Assembly (NCBI GenBank): GCA_028716365.1
Contig: JAQUPZ010000002.1
Location: forward strand, 705,005-769,004
Length of the DNA stretch: 64,000 nt
From: Kiritimatiellia bacterium
Lineage (GTDB): Bacteria > Verrucomicrobiota > Kiritimatiellia > UBA8416 > YA12-FULL-48-11
Direction: 5' to 3'
Below, one piece after another: positions 1-10,416 of this stretch. A model generated the notes under the pieces. The model was not told the origin of the DNA. It searched no databases and saw only the letters and a program-made list of their open reading frames with translations. The translations under genes were made by a program, and so were the position numbers. Position 1 is the stretch's first letter, and the number at the start of each line of letters is the position of its first letter.

Positions 1-209
1 GGCCAGCAGCACCTATGGAACGCATATCATCCAGATTGAGCAAAGACGAGATAGTGAAATGGCAATGACAGGTAAAATCAAGTGCTCTAAAGGTAAAATT
101 TATTATTTATAGAACTACGTCACTCCGAAAACCTGCATTGACGACGATAAGTTATATTTGTTAACATTATCTAAAATTCAATCAGTGACACATTTCGAAA
201 GGCGGTGTT

Positions 210-812
210 ATGATAAAGAAAATTTCTCGTTCAAGTATTATCCTGCTGACATTCCTGTTTCTGTGCAATATACCAGCGTATTCACAATCAGATTCAGACC
301 TTTATATCACACGTATTCAGTTATCATTATGGAACCCCATTCAAACCACACCCGAGAACGAGGATGTGCTGGGATTCCGTCTGAATCTGCTTTATGGAGA
401 GAACAGGGATCTTAGTGGGTTTGATTTGGGAATAGTAAACAGTTTAACCGGGAACATGGCGGGGCTCCAGGCGGGATTGTTTAATATTGATCGCGGGGAA
501 ATGTTAGGTGTTCAAATTGGTATGGACAATGCAGTTGGAGATTTGCCGGCTTTTGGAACAGGGGCTACTTCATCTGACCCAAGAAATATCGATATGCACG
601 GACTTCAGTTTGGTGTTTTAAATCTCGTTTACCCTGCAGGAGTAATGAATGGTGTACAGATCGGTCTTGTTAATGTGGCCGATAAAGCGCACGGGCTCCA
701 AATAGGAATAATCAATTATGTAAATAATATGACTGGAGTTCAAATCGGTCTTATCAACTACATCGAAAACGCTGAAATATACTTGTCCCCCTTCATTAAC
801 GCCTGTTTCTAA
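210..812 (+). CDS. Secreted repeat protein. It has an N-terminal signal peptide and about 7 tandem copies of a G-[LV]-Q-x-G-[LIV]-x-N unit with a 13-18 aa period. It resembles 'surface repeat lipoprotein' families
   Basis: N-terminal hydrophobic stretch SSIILLTFLFLCNIPAYSQ. Repeated GLQAGLFN, GVQIGMDN, GLQFGVLN, GVQIGLVN, GLQIGIIN and GVQIGLIN units are visible in the translation. Confidence 0.4.
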   Translation: MIKKISRSSIILLTFLFLCNIPAYSQSDSDLYITRIQLSLWNPIQTTPENEDVLGFRLNLLYGENRDLSGFDLGIVNSLTGNMAGLQAGLFNIDRGEMLGVQIGMDNAVGDLPAFGTGATSSDPRNIDMHGLQFGVLNLVYPAGVMNGVQIGLVNVADKAHGLQIGIINYVNNMTGVQIGLINYIENAEIYLSPFINACF

Positions 813-854
813 ATCAAAATCTTGTTTATATTTATGATAAAAACTTAAGGCATT

Positions 855-1004
855 ATGAATGTTGTATTCTGGGAGAAGTTAGCAGTATTAACAGGAGTCA
901 TCCTTACCGGAGTCGTCGCTTCTTTCATACTTGTAAAATACTATTCTGCAAGAATCATCCGCTCGCGAAGTAAAAAAACAGAATCAGAAGAAAGAAAGAA
1001 CTAA
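855..1004 (+). CDS. Possible 49-aa single-pass membrane peptide (MNVVFWEKLAVLTGVILTGVVASFILVKYY...)
   Basis: Short ORF with one hydrophobic helix followed by a basic tail, located in the 812-1020 gap. It is not in the supplied ORF track because it is shorter than 60 aa. Confidence 0.2.
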   Translation: MNVVFWEKLAVLTGVILTGVVASFILVKYYSARIIRSRSKKTESEERKN

Positions 1005-1019
1005 ACTGCAGAATTGTTT

Positions 1020-1796
1020 CTATAACATGTTAATATCCACGCGCGATGTCAGGTCCATGCTCATCGGTGTAACAGTAACCAAGCCTTGACTAAACGCGAG
1101 AATATCGGAATCGGGTTCAAGCGTTTCTTTCTTAAAACCGTAACAACACCTTGCGTCCCCTATCCTGCTTAATATTGTTGGATCGTTGATATGATTGGCA
1201 AAATAAGATTGTCTTGAAAGTTTAGTCCATTTGAATTGTGTATTATTTGTTGCAACAGCAGGCACATTAACATTCAGAATATCAACGTCTGCCGGAAACT
1301 CTCTTTCCAACATCAATGCTGCAAATTGCCGTGCAAAATGGCGGACTGTGCTCCAGTCCAGTTCAGGATAATTAAAATGATCTTCCATTTCTGTCTGAAG
1401 AGACACTGTAAGCCCCTGTACTCCGTATGATGCCGCCTGTAATGCAGCACCGATTGTGCCTGAAATCGTCACATTTGTACCAAGGTTTTCACCGTAGTTA
1501 ATTCCAGAGACCAGGAGATCTGGTTTCTTATCTTTGAACAAAATATCAAATGCGTGCAGTACTATTCGGGCTGGCGAACACTCACAATGATAAGCTTCCA
1601 ATACTGTTCCGTTTACCTGGTAGTCCATTTGCCTGAAATATTCACTTCTGGCACCGACGAAACTTCTTCCCGCCGAAGTCTTCTGATTGGACGGCGCAAC
1701 AACAATAACTTTCCCAAGCGGCAGAACTGCCTCCACAAGGGCCCGCAGACCGGGCGATTCTATTCCATCATCATTTGTCGCAAGTATGGTTGTCAT
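1020..1796 (-). CDS. surE: 5'/3'-nucleotidase SurE
   Basis: N-terminus MTTILATNDDGIESPGL matches the SurE hallmark (M-x-ILx-NDDG). Length is about 258 aa. The start was placed at the internal Met of the 274-aa ORF. Confidence 0.85.
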   Translation of the reverse strand: MTTILATNDDGIESPGLRALVEAVLPLGKVIVVAPSNQKTSAGRSFVGARSEYFRQMDYQVNGTVLEAYHCECSPARIVLHAFDILFKDKKPDLLVSGINYGENLGTNVTISGTIGAALQAASYGVQGLTVSLQTEMEDHFNYPELDWSTVRHFARQFAALMLEREFPADVDILNVNVPAVATNNTQFKWTKLSRQSYFANHINDPTILSRIGDARCCYGFKKETLEPDSDILAFSQGLVTVTPMSMDLTSRVDINML

Positions 1797-1963
1797 TTCT
1801 TCCTTCGCGCCAATGCTTATAGAGATAGCCTTACCTGGCGGCAAGAGTAAAACAAGAAGATCATCTCATAGAAATCATAAAACGCTTGAGGATTGCATCA
1901 TTACCCCTATTTTGGCAGACTCCGGTTTCAATGTATTACCGATGTGTATGGAGCTAAACTGAT

Positions 1964-2716
1964 ATGCCGCACCGTATATTTAACATTAAAGAAGCTGCTG
2001 CTTATCTGCATCTGTCAACCGCAGACCTGGAAACTCTTGTTAAGGAACGTAATATTCCCTGCGAAAAACTTGGAAGCCGGATTTCATTTCGCCGTAAGGA
2101 CATTGATAGCTGGGCTTCTCGACGGATTCTTCAGTTTCCCGAACAGCATCTCGCTAATTACCATTCCCGTTCTTCTGAAAAGGTAATGGAGTTCTCAAAA
2201 AATAGGACTTTAATGCCCATAATGATCACCGTCGAACGGATCAATCCATCACTCACCTCACGAACAAAAAAATCAGTGATCCGCGATATGGTTGCTCTTG
2301 CCGACCAAACCAATCTTATTTCAGATTCAAAAGACCTGATCCTGTCTCTCGAAGAACGCGAGAAACTGTGTTCAACAGCCATGCCCGGAGGACTGGCACT
2401 GCTCCATCCCCGTCAGCATGAACCCTATATGTTCACTGAATCCTTTATTGTGCTGGGTAGAAATCTCCAGGCAATCCACTTCGGGGCACCGGACGGAGAA
2501 CCCACAAGGCTGTTTTTCCTCGTCTGCTGCCAGGATGACCGGATACATCTGCATACGCTGGCCAGGCTATGTACCATGTGCCAGAAAACCAATCTTTTGA
2601 ATGAATTGTTTTCCGCAGATTCGGCAAAAGAAATACTCGCTTCGATCCTTCACTCTGAAGAAGAAATTATCAAAGATCTTCGGGAGCAATCCGGACATCT
2701 GCAAGGAATCAAGTAA
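1964..2716 (+). CDS. Putative regulator with an N-terminal excisionase/MerR-like HTH and a C-terminal PTS EIIA type-2 (EIIA-Ntr-like) domain
   Basis: IKEAAAYLHLSTADLETLVKERNIPCEKLGSRISFRRKDIDSW is HTH_17-like. GGLALLHPRQHEP resembles the EIIA-2 active-site His loop (G-[IV]-A-[IL]-P-H). Confidence 0.55.
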   Translation: MPHRIFNIKEAAAYLHLSTADLETLVKERNIPCEKLGSRISFRRKDIDSWASRRILQFPEQHLANYHSRSSEKVMEFSKNRTLMPIMITVERINPSLTSRTKKSVIRDMVALADQTNLISDSKDLILSLEEREKLCSTAMPGGLALLHPRQHEPYMFTESFIVLGRNLQAIHFGAPDGEPTRLFFLVCCQDDRIHLHTLARLCTMCQKTNLLNELFSADSAKEILASILHSEEEIIKDLREQSGHLQGIK

Positions 2717-5577
2717 TGCCGCGTGAAATACACTTTCTTGGATGGGATGAACCGGTTGTAAATAAAGTCGCAGATTACCTCATAGGGAAACGCAAAAGTC
2801 CTGCACCCATAGATTTCCGCGATACGCTCATCATCGTCCCTACTCTCCAGTCCGGTCGCCGTCTCCGGGAAGTAATGGCGTTGCGATGTTCAGAACGCAA
2901 TTCCGTCATGCTTTCTGTAATGATCGTGACCCCGAATCATTTTATTGCCAAAGGAATTTCCGGCCCTGACACGGCCAACCCATCAGTTTCAAAAATTATC
3001 TGGAGCAAGGTGCTTACATCCGCCGATCTTACCATTTACCAGCACCTTTTCCCAGGCAAATCAATACGCAGCGATATCGACAGGTTCCTATGGGCACTTA
3101 ATACCGGCCAGATCATCGATAAACTGCGACAGGAACTTGCTGATGGCGGCTACACAATAACGGATGTCCTGGAAAAACATGCCGGAGACCTGGAGGAATT
3201 CGAACGGTGGCAGGACCTTGCGAACTTGGAAAAATTGTATTTTGCCGAACTTGAAAAACTCGATCTCGAAGATGTCTGTATAACAAGAATAAGGCTGGCA
3301 GATTCACCTGAAATTGATCCAACTATAAAGAGAATTGTCATCGCCGGCGTTCCTGATCCTTCCCTTCTCGCCATGCGTTCACTTGAAAAACTCTCCGAAA
3401 AACTTGCTGTAGATATCCTCGTCCACGCCCCGGAAGAAGAAAAAGAGAACTTTGATGACTGGGGCCGGCCGATACCCGAAAAATGGGCAAAGATGAACGT
3501 GGAAATACCCGGTTGGTCGGAAAACGTTTACGTCGAACCCGACCCGGCGGCACAAAGTAAACGTGTGAAAACAATAATTGAATCTTCCGGCACATTCGGA
3601 CCGCTTGATATAACAATCGGTGTACCGGACACTTCCGTTATTCCATTCCTCAAGAAAGACCTTCTTTTGCTGAATATACCTGCTTTTGACCCATCCAATA
3701 TTGCATTCGGCACTCACACACTCGGCAGGCTGATCGAATACATGTTCAATCTTCAACAGCTCCCCTCGTATGAATCCGCTGCCAATCTGCTCCGTCACCC
3801 GGCATTCCTGAACTACCTGGAGGAGAAACATGGACTCGCAAGCCGGGATCTGCTCAGCCAGCTGGACAAGTTTCAGAATTTCTATCTTCCTCATTCATTC
3901 GACAGGATGCTTGTCCCTTTTGAAAAGAATCCGAAAGGAACTCATGACCCGCATGATGACTTCACCATCCTCGGAAAGGCGCTCTCGGTCATGAAGGATC
4001 ACCTTGTAATGTTTCAGAAAGAAAAATTCGAACAAGCCTGGCGCACCTTCCTCAGGGAAATTTACGCAACACACGAGATTGACAAATCAAAGATCCATGA
4101 CCGCGACTTTGAAAATGCCGCCGCAATTGTCGAGGAAACGCTCAGGGAACTGCGACACTTGCCGGAAGAAACGGTATCTCTCACCGTAAAGCAGGTTGCG
4201 ACGGTCTTCATGCGCCGGCTAAACGAGCAGAATTTCCATCGCGAACGTACCGATGAGATCGTCGACCTGCAGGGCTGGCTTGAACTGCCGTGGAATGATG
4301 CACCCTTCATGCTGATCGCCGGAATGAACGAGAACTTCGTGCCCGGCGGCAGCCTTAGTGATGCCTTCCTGCCGGACAGCCTGAGAGTAAAGCTCAACCT
4401 GCGCCATGATCTTGCCCGCTTCGGCCGCGATATTTACCTTATGCGTTCGATGATCGAAACCCGGAAGAAAAACGGCCGTATCTGTTTCATTTCAGGAAAG
4501 ACCGGTATGACCGGAGACCCTCTCAAGCCTTCCCGGTTGATGTTCCGCTGTAAGGAAGAAGAGCTGCCGGAAAGAACAGAACTGTTCTTCAGGGAACGGC
4601 ACGACGAAAAGCCGCGGCCCGGATCGGAAGTGCTCTTCAAGCTGAATCCATCTGCCGCGAAGGACAGCGCGCCCCCGGACAAGAAAATAATCAATGTGAC
4701 AACATTCAAAGATTATCTTGATTGCCCTTTCCGTTTTTACCTCAAACACATGCTTAAAATGGAGGAAATCGACGACGAAAAGTCAGGCATGGATGCCCTT
4801 GATTTCGGAACCATCATTCATACTGTCCTCGAGCGGATGGGCAAAGAGGATAAACTCTGGACATGCCCCAGCCCGGAAGAACTGTCTACGTCACTCGAAC
4901 AACTGGCAAGGCAATACATCACGACAAGATATGGTTCACCCCTGCCGCTTGCCGTTCAGGTTTCTCTTGAGTCCGCGGTGCAGAGGCTGAACGCGTTCGC
5001 ACACCACCAGGTTGCCATGACACACGAAGGCTGGAAAATCATTGCCGTCGAACACCGAATCAAGGAATTCCCTTATCACCGCGGCTTCTTGATCACCGGC
5101 ACAATCGACAGAATCGATCAGAATGAAAAGACCGGCAGGATACGGATCATGGATTACAAGACATCGGATTCGGCCGAACAACCGGTCGCTGCGCATACCG
5201 GCTCACGCAGGACGGAAACCCCGGATTACAATTGTATTGCCCACAGCGGCAAACGCGGTACATCACAGCGGCGATGGATCAACCTGCAGCTTCCGCTTTA
5301 TCACCTGCTTTATACCGGTAAAGAGAAATTCGACCCGAATATTGAGCTGGCCTATTTCAATCTGCCAAAGGCAGTCAGTGATACCGGCTTATACGCCTGG
5401 AACAATTTTGATGCCGAAACAATGTCTTCCGCCATCAGATGCATCAAGGGAGTAATCGAGGACATCGATGGCGGCAAGTTCTGGCCACCTGCCGGAAAGG
5501 TAAAGTATGACCAGTTCGAAAGACTGTTCATCCATGAACCGGAAGAAAATTTTAAACCAGATCTGAAAATCAAATGA
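2716..5577 (+). CDS. AddB-like PD-(D/E)XK nuclease subunit. It partners the downstream UvrD-family helicase-nuclease and has no Walker A motif
   Basis: C-terminal RecB-type nuclease motifs (DYLDCPFRFYLKHML ... GTIDRIDQNEKTGRIRIMDYKTSD). Length 953 aa. The start overlaps the upstream stop (TAATG) and the stop overlaps the addA start (ATGA). Confidence 0.65.
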   Translation: MPREIHFLGWDEPVVNKVADYLIGKRKSPAPIDFRDTLIIVPTLQSGRRLREVMALRCSERNSVMLSVMIVTPNHFIAKGISGPDTANPSVSKIIWSKVLTSADLTIYQHLFPGKSIRSDIDRFLWALNTGQIIDKLRQELADGGYTITDVLEKHAGDLEEFERWQDLANLEKLYFAELEKLDLEDVCITRIRLADSPEIDPTIKRIVIAGVPDPSLLAMRSLEKLSEKLAVDILVHAPEEEKENFDDWGRPIPEKWAKMNVEIPGWSENVYVEPDPAAQSKRVKTIIESSGTFGPLDITIGVPDTSVIPFLKKDLLLLNIPAFDPSNIAFGTHTLGRLIEYMFNLQQLPSYESAANLLRHPAFLNYLEEKHGLASRDLLSQLDKFQNFYLPHSFDRMLVPFEKNPKGTHDPHDDFTILGKALSVMKDHLVMFQKEKFEQAWRTFLREIYATHEIDKSKIHDRDFENAAAIVEETLRELRHLPEETVSLTVKQVATVFMRRLNEQNFHRERTDEIVDLQGWLELPWNDAPFMLIAGMNENFVPGGSLSDAFLPDSLRVKLNLRHDLARFGRDIYLMRSMIETRKKNGRICFISGKTGMTGDPLKPSRLMFRCKEEELPERTELFFRERHDEKPRPGSEVLFKLNPSAAKDSAPPDKKIINVTTFKDYLDCPFRFYLKHMLKMEEIDDEKSGMDALDFGTIIHTVLERMGKEDKLWTCPSPEELSTSLEQLARQYITTRYGSPLPLAVQVSLESAVQRLNAFAHHQVAMTHEGWKIIAVEHRIKEFPYHRGFLITGTIDRIDQNEKTGRIRIMDYKTSDSAEQPVAAHTGSRRTETPDYNCIAHSGKRGTSQRRWINLQLPLYHLLYTGKEKFDPNIELAYFNLPKAVSDTGLYAWNNFDAETMSSAIRCIKGVIEDIDGGKFWPPAGKVKYDQFERLFIHEPEENFKPDLKIK

Positions 5578-8500
5578 ACATAAACAAACCAGGACATCTG
5601 GCAATAAGTGCCTCGGCCGGATCAGGAAAGACCACACGCCTGGCGCACCGTTATATCAGCCTGCTTGCAGATCCCAAAAGGCAGGTCACGCCGAACAGGA
5701 TCTGTGCCATGACCTTTACCCGCAAGGCCGCGGGAGAAATCTTCGACAGGATCGCGGATAATCTGCGTCGGGCTGCTTCAGAGAAGTCATTTTCAACTGA
5801 GTATCTCAAGATGCCCAATCGGACCCAGAAGGATTTCCTGAAGCTGCTTAGACTTTTCCTGGACAATCTGCACAGGGTCAACATCGGCACAATGGACAGC
5901 TTTATCGTAAGCGTTGCAAAGGCATTCCCACTTGAACTCGGAATTCCGATGGATTTCCAAGTGGCAGATGTGGACGGTGCAGCAGCAAACGAGAACAGGA
6001 AAACCGTTCTGGCAACACTGCTCATGCCTTCAGTAATAAAACACAGCATCCAAAAGAATTTCCTTGAGGCATTCAAGCTGGCGACCTTCGGACAGGAGGA
6101 AAAAAATTTCGGTGACCTGCTGGACAGGTTCATCACTTCCTACCACACAAAATACCAGCTCTGCCATGATGCCGCCAGATGGGGTAACGAAGAGATAATC
6201 TGGGCCGGCAAAGGATACCCATGGAAATCCGCGGGCGATAAACTCAACACGTACAGGGACACTGCCCTCAGGTGGATTGATTCCAGAAAGAGCATGGCTG
6301 ACAAGGATTACCTCAAGTTCCTGAACCAGCTTGAGGACACTGTACATGCCCTGGCGAATTACGGTCCTACCACTCCGTGGAATGAGGCTTTTGACAGCAC
6401 CACGGGTGGCAGGGTAATTGAACAGATACTGAAAGAAGAATCGGAAAAACTTCTGATCAAATACGGGAAAAAAGAATACGAGATTGACCATGATGCCGCA
6501 AAGGCCATCGGTAAGCTGGTATATAACCTTGCCGCAATTGAGACTGATCGAGCATTGAAACGTACCAAGGGAATCTATGAACTGCTTTCGTATTACGACA
6601 TGGCCTACGAAGAAATTACAAGGCAAACAGGCAGGTTCAGTTTTTCCGATCTGCAGTATCTTCTCGCGTTTGGCGACAGGGCAGGTAAAGGTCCTCGTAT
6701 AAGCCGTAACAGCGGTAGTGCAGAAAAACTGTACATAGATTTCCGCATGGACTCCCGCCTCGATCACTGGCTGCTCGACGAATTCCAGGACACCAGCGAC
6801 ATGCAGTGGATGATTTTTACAAACTTGATCGATGAACTCATCCAGGGTTCACCCGACGGCGACGAGCGAAGTTTCTTCTATGTCGGTGACGTGAAACAGG
6901 CCATTTACAGATGGCGCGGCGGTGACCAGGAGCTTTTCCATGAAATACTCGATGAATTTGAAAACATCCGACTCGAAACCATGGCTAAAACATATCGTTG
7001 TTCGCCACCGGTAATTGACGCGGTAAACCAGGTTTTCTCCACTTTGCCGGACAATCTACCCGGCAAGGTTATCGATAAATGGAAACGCGTATGGGAAAAA
7101 CATGAAACACACAAGAAGACCCAGCCGGGATATGCAACCATCATTGAACCACTCCATACGAAGGAGAATACTTCGATCGAGGCAAGATTCGATCTTGTTG
7201 CCGATCTTTTAAACGAAGTACAACCGCTCAAGCGGGAACTCGGAGTGGGCATTCTGGTAAGAACCAATAATACCGGCAGTGAACTTGTAACAGCTCTCAG
7301 GAACAAGTGTCCGACCATGAATTTTGTGCACGAAGGAAAGTCCGGTATTGTGAACAATGAACTGGCTCAGGCGCTTCTTTCCCTCGTAAAACTTGCGGCC
7401 CATCCCGGCGATGAATTTGCCTGGAAACACATACAGATGACACCGTTCGCACAGATACTCAGCGAAAAGAAAATCAATCGCTTTAACATCTCCACACTCC
7501 TGCTGCAGGAAATTGAAAACGGTGGATTCCAGACGTTTGTGGACAACTGGGGTAACCTACTCTGCTTGGTCAATGAGTTGGATGAATACGGACAGGAATG
7601 CCTGTCCCGGCTGGAACACGCGGCTGCAGAATATGACACAACAGGCCAGAGAAACTGTAACAGTTTCCTGTCGTTTATGAACGCGTATGAGATTCATGAA
7701 CTGGCATCACACAGTTCTGTCCGCATTATGACCATTCACCAGGCAAAGGGGCTGGAATTTGACATTGTCATTCTTCCTGAACTACAGGACGGAAAAACAA
7801 ACATGATCAAGGCAGAACCACCGGACTTGTTGAGCGCAGGCAGGTCATCGGCACCCGACTGGATCCTCAAACCACCGAAACGGATAATAATGGAACATGA
7901 TCCTGTATTGAACAAGCAGGTCGAAGAATCCAATGAAGATAACTGTTTTGACCTGCTCTGCCTGACGTATGTTGCAATGACCCGCGCCAGGCATGCATTG
8001 TATATTGTAACATCACGACAGAATCCCGAAAGCTCCCTGACCTATCGACCGTCACGGTTTATCAAGCAACAGCTTACCGGTGAAATTGAACCCGAATCAG
8101 AACCTAACATAAAAATAAACGGCAAGCCTTATGTTCGACTCTATCCGTCAAAACCAGGAGGCGAGAACTGGTATGAATCCGGCTGGCCAAGCCGGAAAGA
8201 AGGAAAACATGTAGTGGCACAAACAAAGACATCGGTTAAAAACAGAAAATCAACCAGAACAATACTGAAACGATCCGAACCATCGAAACAGGTAACTTTT
8301 GTTCAGAAAGCTGCCGCATTGTTTGATTCAGTCAATCACGATGTACGTTATTTTGGTTCTGCAATACACGAATTACTGGAAAAAATTGAATGGTATGATA
8401 ATAAAACCGACACAGAAAAGATCATAAACAAGTGGGTCCCATCTGTCGAATGCAGTGAACAAGTTTATCGTGATGTGTGCACACAGTTCAGGAACACATT

Positions 8501-8849
8501 AAAATCAAAAGAAGTACAAAGGGCGTTGTCCAGACCTGGCGAAAATGCGGATGTCAGGCGCGAATGGCGATTTGACATCATTCTCAACAAGGAATGGGTC
8601 AGCGGTGCATTTGACCGCGTAATAATAATTAATGACGGCAAGGGTAAACCAACCAGCGCAACTATCATGGATTATAAAAGCGATCAGATCGAGGCAACAG
8701 AATCCGATATAAAGAAAACAGAAAGAAAACACCGTAATCAAATGGAAACTTACAGGCGCGCTCTTTCAGGGATACTGAACCTGCCACAAGATAAAATTAA
8801 ATTACAGATTCTCCTTACCCGCATCCAAAGGGTTCTTGTCCTTGACTAA
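5574..8849 (+). CDS. addA: ATP-dependent helicase/nuclease subunit A (UvrD/AddA family)
   Basis: Walker A ISASAGSGKTTRL. UvrD motif MTFTRKAAGEI. DEFQDTS and QAIYRWRGG helicase motifs. C-terminal RecB nuclease motif AFDRVII...IMDYKSD. Confidence 0.85.
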   Translation: MNINKPGHLAISASAGSGKTTRLAHRYISLLADPKRQVTPNRICAMTFTRKAAGEIFDRIADNLRRAASEKSFSTEYLKMPNRTQKDFLKLLRLFLDNLHRVNIGTMDSFIVSVAKAFPLELGIPMDFQVADVDGAAANENRKTVLATLLMPSVIKHSIQKNFLEAFKLATFGQEEKNFGDLLDRFITSYHTKYQLCHDAARWGNEEIIWAGKGYPWKSAGDKLNTYRDTALRWIDSRKSMADKDYLKFLNQLEDTVHALANYGPTTPWNEAFDSTTGGRVIEQILKEESEKLLIKYGKKEYEIDHDAAKAIGKLVYNLAAIETDRALKRTKGIYELLSYYDMAYEEITRQTGRFSFSDLQYLLAFGDRAGKGPRISRNSGSAEKLYIDFRMDSRLDHWLLDEFQDTSDMQWMIFTNLIDELIQGSPDGDERSFFYVGDVKQAIYRWRGGDQELFHEILDEFENIRLETMAKTYRCSPPVIDAVNQVFSTLPDNLPGKVIDKWKRVWEKHETHKKTQPGYATIIEPLHTKENTSIEARFDLVADLLNEVQPLKRELGVGILVRTNNTGSELVTALRNKCPTMNFVHEGKSGIVNNELAQALLSLVKLAAHPGDEFAWKHIQMTPFAQILSEKKINRFNISTLLLQEIENGGFQTFVDNWGNLLCLVNELDEYGQECLSRLEHAAAEYDTTGQRNCNSFLSFMNAYEIHELASHSSVRIMTIHQAKGLEFDIVILPELQDGKTNMIKAEPPDLLSAGRSSAPDWILKPPKRIIMEHDPVLNKQVEESNEDNCFDLLCLTYVAMTRARHALYIVTSRQNPESSLTYRPSRFIKQQLTGEIEPESEPNIKINGKPYVRLYPSKPGGENWYESGWPSRKEGKHVVAQTKTSVKNRKSTRTILKRSEPSKQVTFVQKAAALFDSVNHDVRYFGSAIHELLEKIEWYDNKTDTEKIINKWVPSVECSEQVYRDVCTQFRNTLKSKEVQRALSRPGENADVRREWRFDIILNKEWVSGAFDRVIIINDGKGKPTSATIMDYKSDQIEATESDIKKTERKHRNQMETYRRALSGILNLPQDKIKLQILLTRIQRVLVLD

Positions 8850-8859
8850 CACGTTCTTT

Positions 8860-10416
8860 CTACCGCTTTATACCAAGGCCTCGACCAACATCCGGAGACT
8901 GCCACGGCACAGATCCGCCTCTTTGAATGTGAAGGCGCAACGCAGCATTCATTGCACGTAACACCTTCATTTCCTTTTTTCCCAGATCTGTGACTTCTTT
9001 GGGATCGTTCCGCAGGTTGTATAATTCCAATGGCGCAAATGGACTGTCTTGAAGCAGTTTCCAATCCCCTTGTCTCAACGCTTCAATAGTTTTTCCACCA
9101 TACATCACTCCCCCTTCTCTCCGGACAAAATAATATTCGCGTTCACTTGTTGATTCATTTTGCCCTTTAAACGCGGGGAGGAAACTCACGCCATCAATAT
9201 CCGCTGGCGACTTGATTCCTGCAACATCACATACTGTTGGGAAAATATCCATTGTAAGAGTGATCCGGCCAGTAACACTGCCCGGTTGAATTCTGTCCGG
9301 CCAGCGCGCAGCGCCTGCAACACGCAGTCCACCTTCATACATATGTCCTTTTCCACTCCGCCATGGACCGTTGTTTGCTCCAAACATAAGATTACCACCA
9401 TTGTCGGAAGTAAAAATAACGAGTGTATTCTTTGCCAGCCCTGTGCGATCAAGCGTATTGAGGACTTTGCCTATTCCGGCATCAAGATGCTCAATTAATG
9501 CAACCAGTTTTGCTCGCGTTTCCAGTATACCAGGCTCACGCTGTTTCACTTTTTCCAGCCATTCAGGCGGTGGCTGAATAGGATCGTGCGGCGCATTGTA
9601 GGCAAGATAAAGAAAGAATGGCTGTTTGACCTTCGCACGCTCATCGAGATACTCACAAGCCCAGTCCGTGAAAACATCTGTTGCATGTCCCCGCGGATCG
9701 ATAATATCCATGTTGCGCCGCATAAAATTATAGCCGTGTCGCAGATGTGTCCAATAATCATCCATCATATCGCCAAGAAAACCATGATAAAAATCAAACC
9801 CGCGGGCCGTTGGTGTGTTGGGCGATGAAAGTCCAAGATGCCATTTGCCTATGATCGCGGTGTGATAACCGGCAGGCTTCAGCACTTGCGGTAATAATGT
9901 AGCTTTCGGCGATAACCACCCTTCCGATTGATCGGGATTCTCCTCTCGGATCACACCCGGTACACCGACACGATCCGGAAAACAACCAGTCAACAAAGCA
10001 GCACGTGAGGGCGAACAGACACAACTGTTGGCATAAAAATTCTGAAAAGTCATTCCCTCATGAAACAACCTGTCAATATTCGGTGTGCGTATGTCCGTTG
10101 TACCAAAGGCACTGTAATCACCACAGCCCTGGTCATCTGTAAGAATGACAAGTATATTGGGTTTATCCTGGCCATTATCAGAAGACCTGGATACAGATTT
10201 ATTATACGAATTCCCGGGCTGCAAAGATTCCGCTCTCAGAATTCCCGGCAAACCCAACATTGCCGCACACGCGAGTTGAAGAAAGTCCCGTCGCGTATTT
10301 GGCTGACAAAAACTTGTTCTTCCTGAAATAGATCCCGAACATTTATTTCGTCGTTTTTGTCCAGTATTCATTTTTACATGTTTAGAATCAGTTCCCAGGC
10401 ACATCGTATGACACAT
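8860..10416 (-). CDS. Formylglycine-dependent sulfatase (arylsulfatase family) with a Tat-type signal
   Basis: Sulfatase signature C-S-P-S-R (CSPSRAALLTG), TDDQGCGD and GKWHLG motifs. RRDFLQLACAAMLGLPG is a twin-arginine signal. The true start is probably an internal Met (MNTGQKRR...). Confidence 0.85.
   Translation of the reverse strand: MCHTMCLGTDSKHVKMNTGQKRRNKCSGSISGRTSFCQPNTRRDFLQLACAAMLGLPGILRAESLQPGNSYNKSVSRSSDNGQDKPNILVILTDDQGCGDYSAFGTTDIRTPNIDRLFHEGMTFQNFYANSCVCSPSRAALLTGCFPDRVGVPGVIREENPDQSEGWLSPKATLLPQVLKPAGYHTAIIGKWHLGLSSPNTPTARGFDFYHGFLGDMMDDYWTHLRHGYNFMRRNMDIIDPRGHATDVFTDWACEYLDERAKVKQPFFLYLAYNAPHDPIQPPPEWLEKVKQREPGILETRAKLVALIEHLDAGIGKVLNTLDRTGLAKNTLVIFTSDNGGNLMFGANNGPWRSGKGHMYEGGLRVAGAARWPDRIQPGSVTGRITLTMDIFPTVCDVAGIKSPADIDGVSFLPAFKGQNESTSEREYYFVRREGGVMYGGKTIEALRQGDWKLLQDSPFAPLELYNLRNDPKEVTDLGKKEMKVLRAMNAALRLHIQRGGSVPWQSPDVGRGLGIKR

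Noticed and set aside
6030-6767. 245-aa minus-strand ORF inside addA, plus other internal antisense ORFs (3379-3894, 15157-15798, 26701-27231, 40787-41149, 60092-60643)
   Set aside because: All are fully nested in well-supported genes on the other strand or in another frame, and they have no recognisable motifs.
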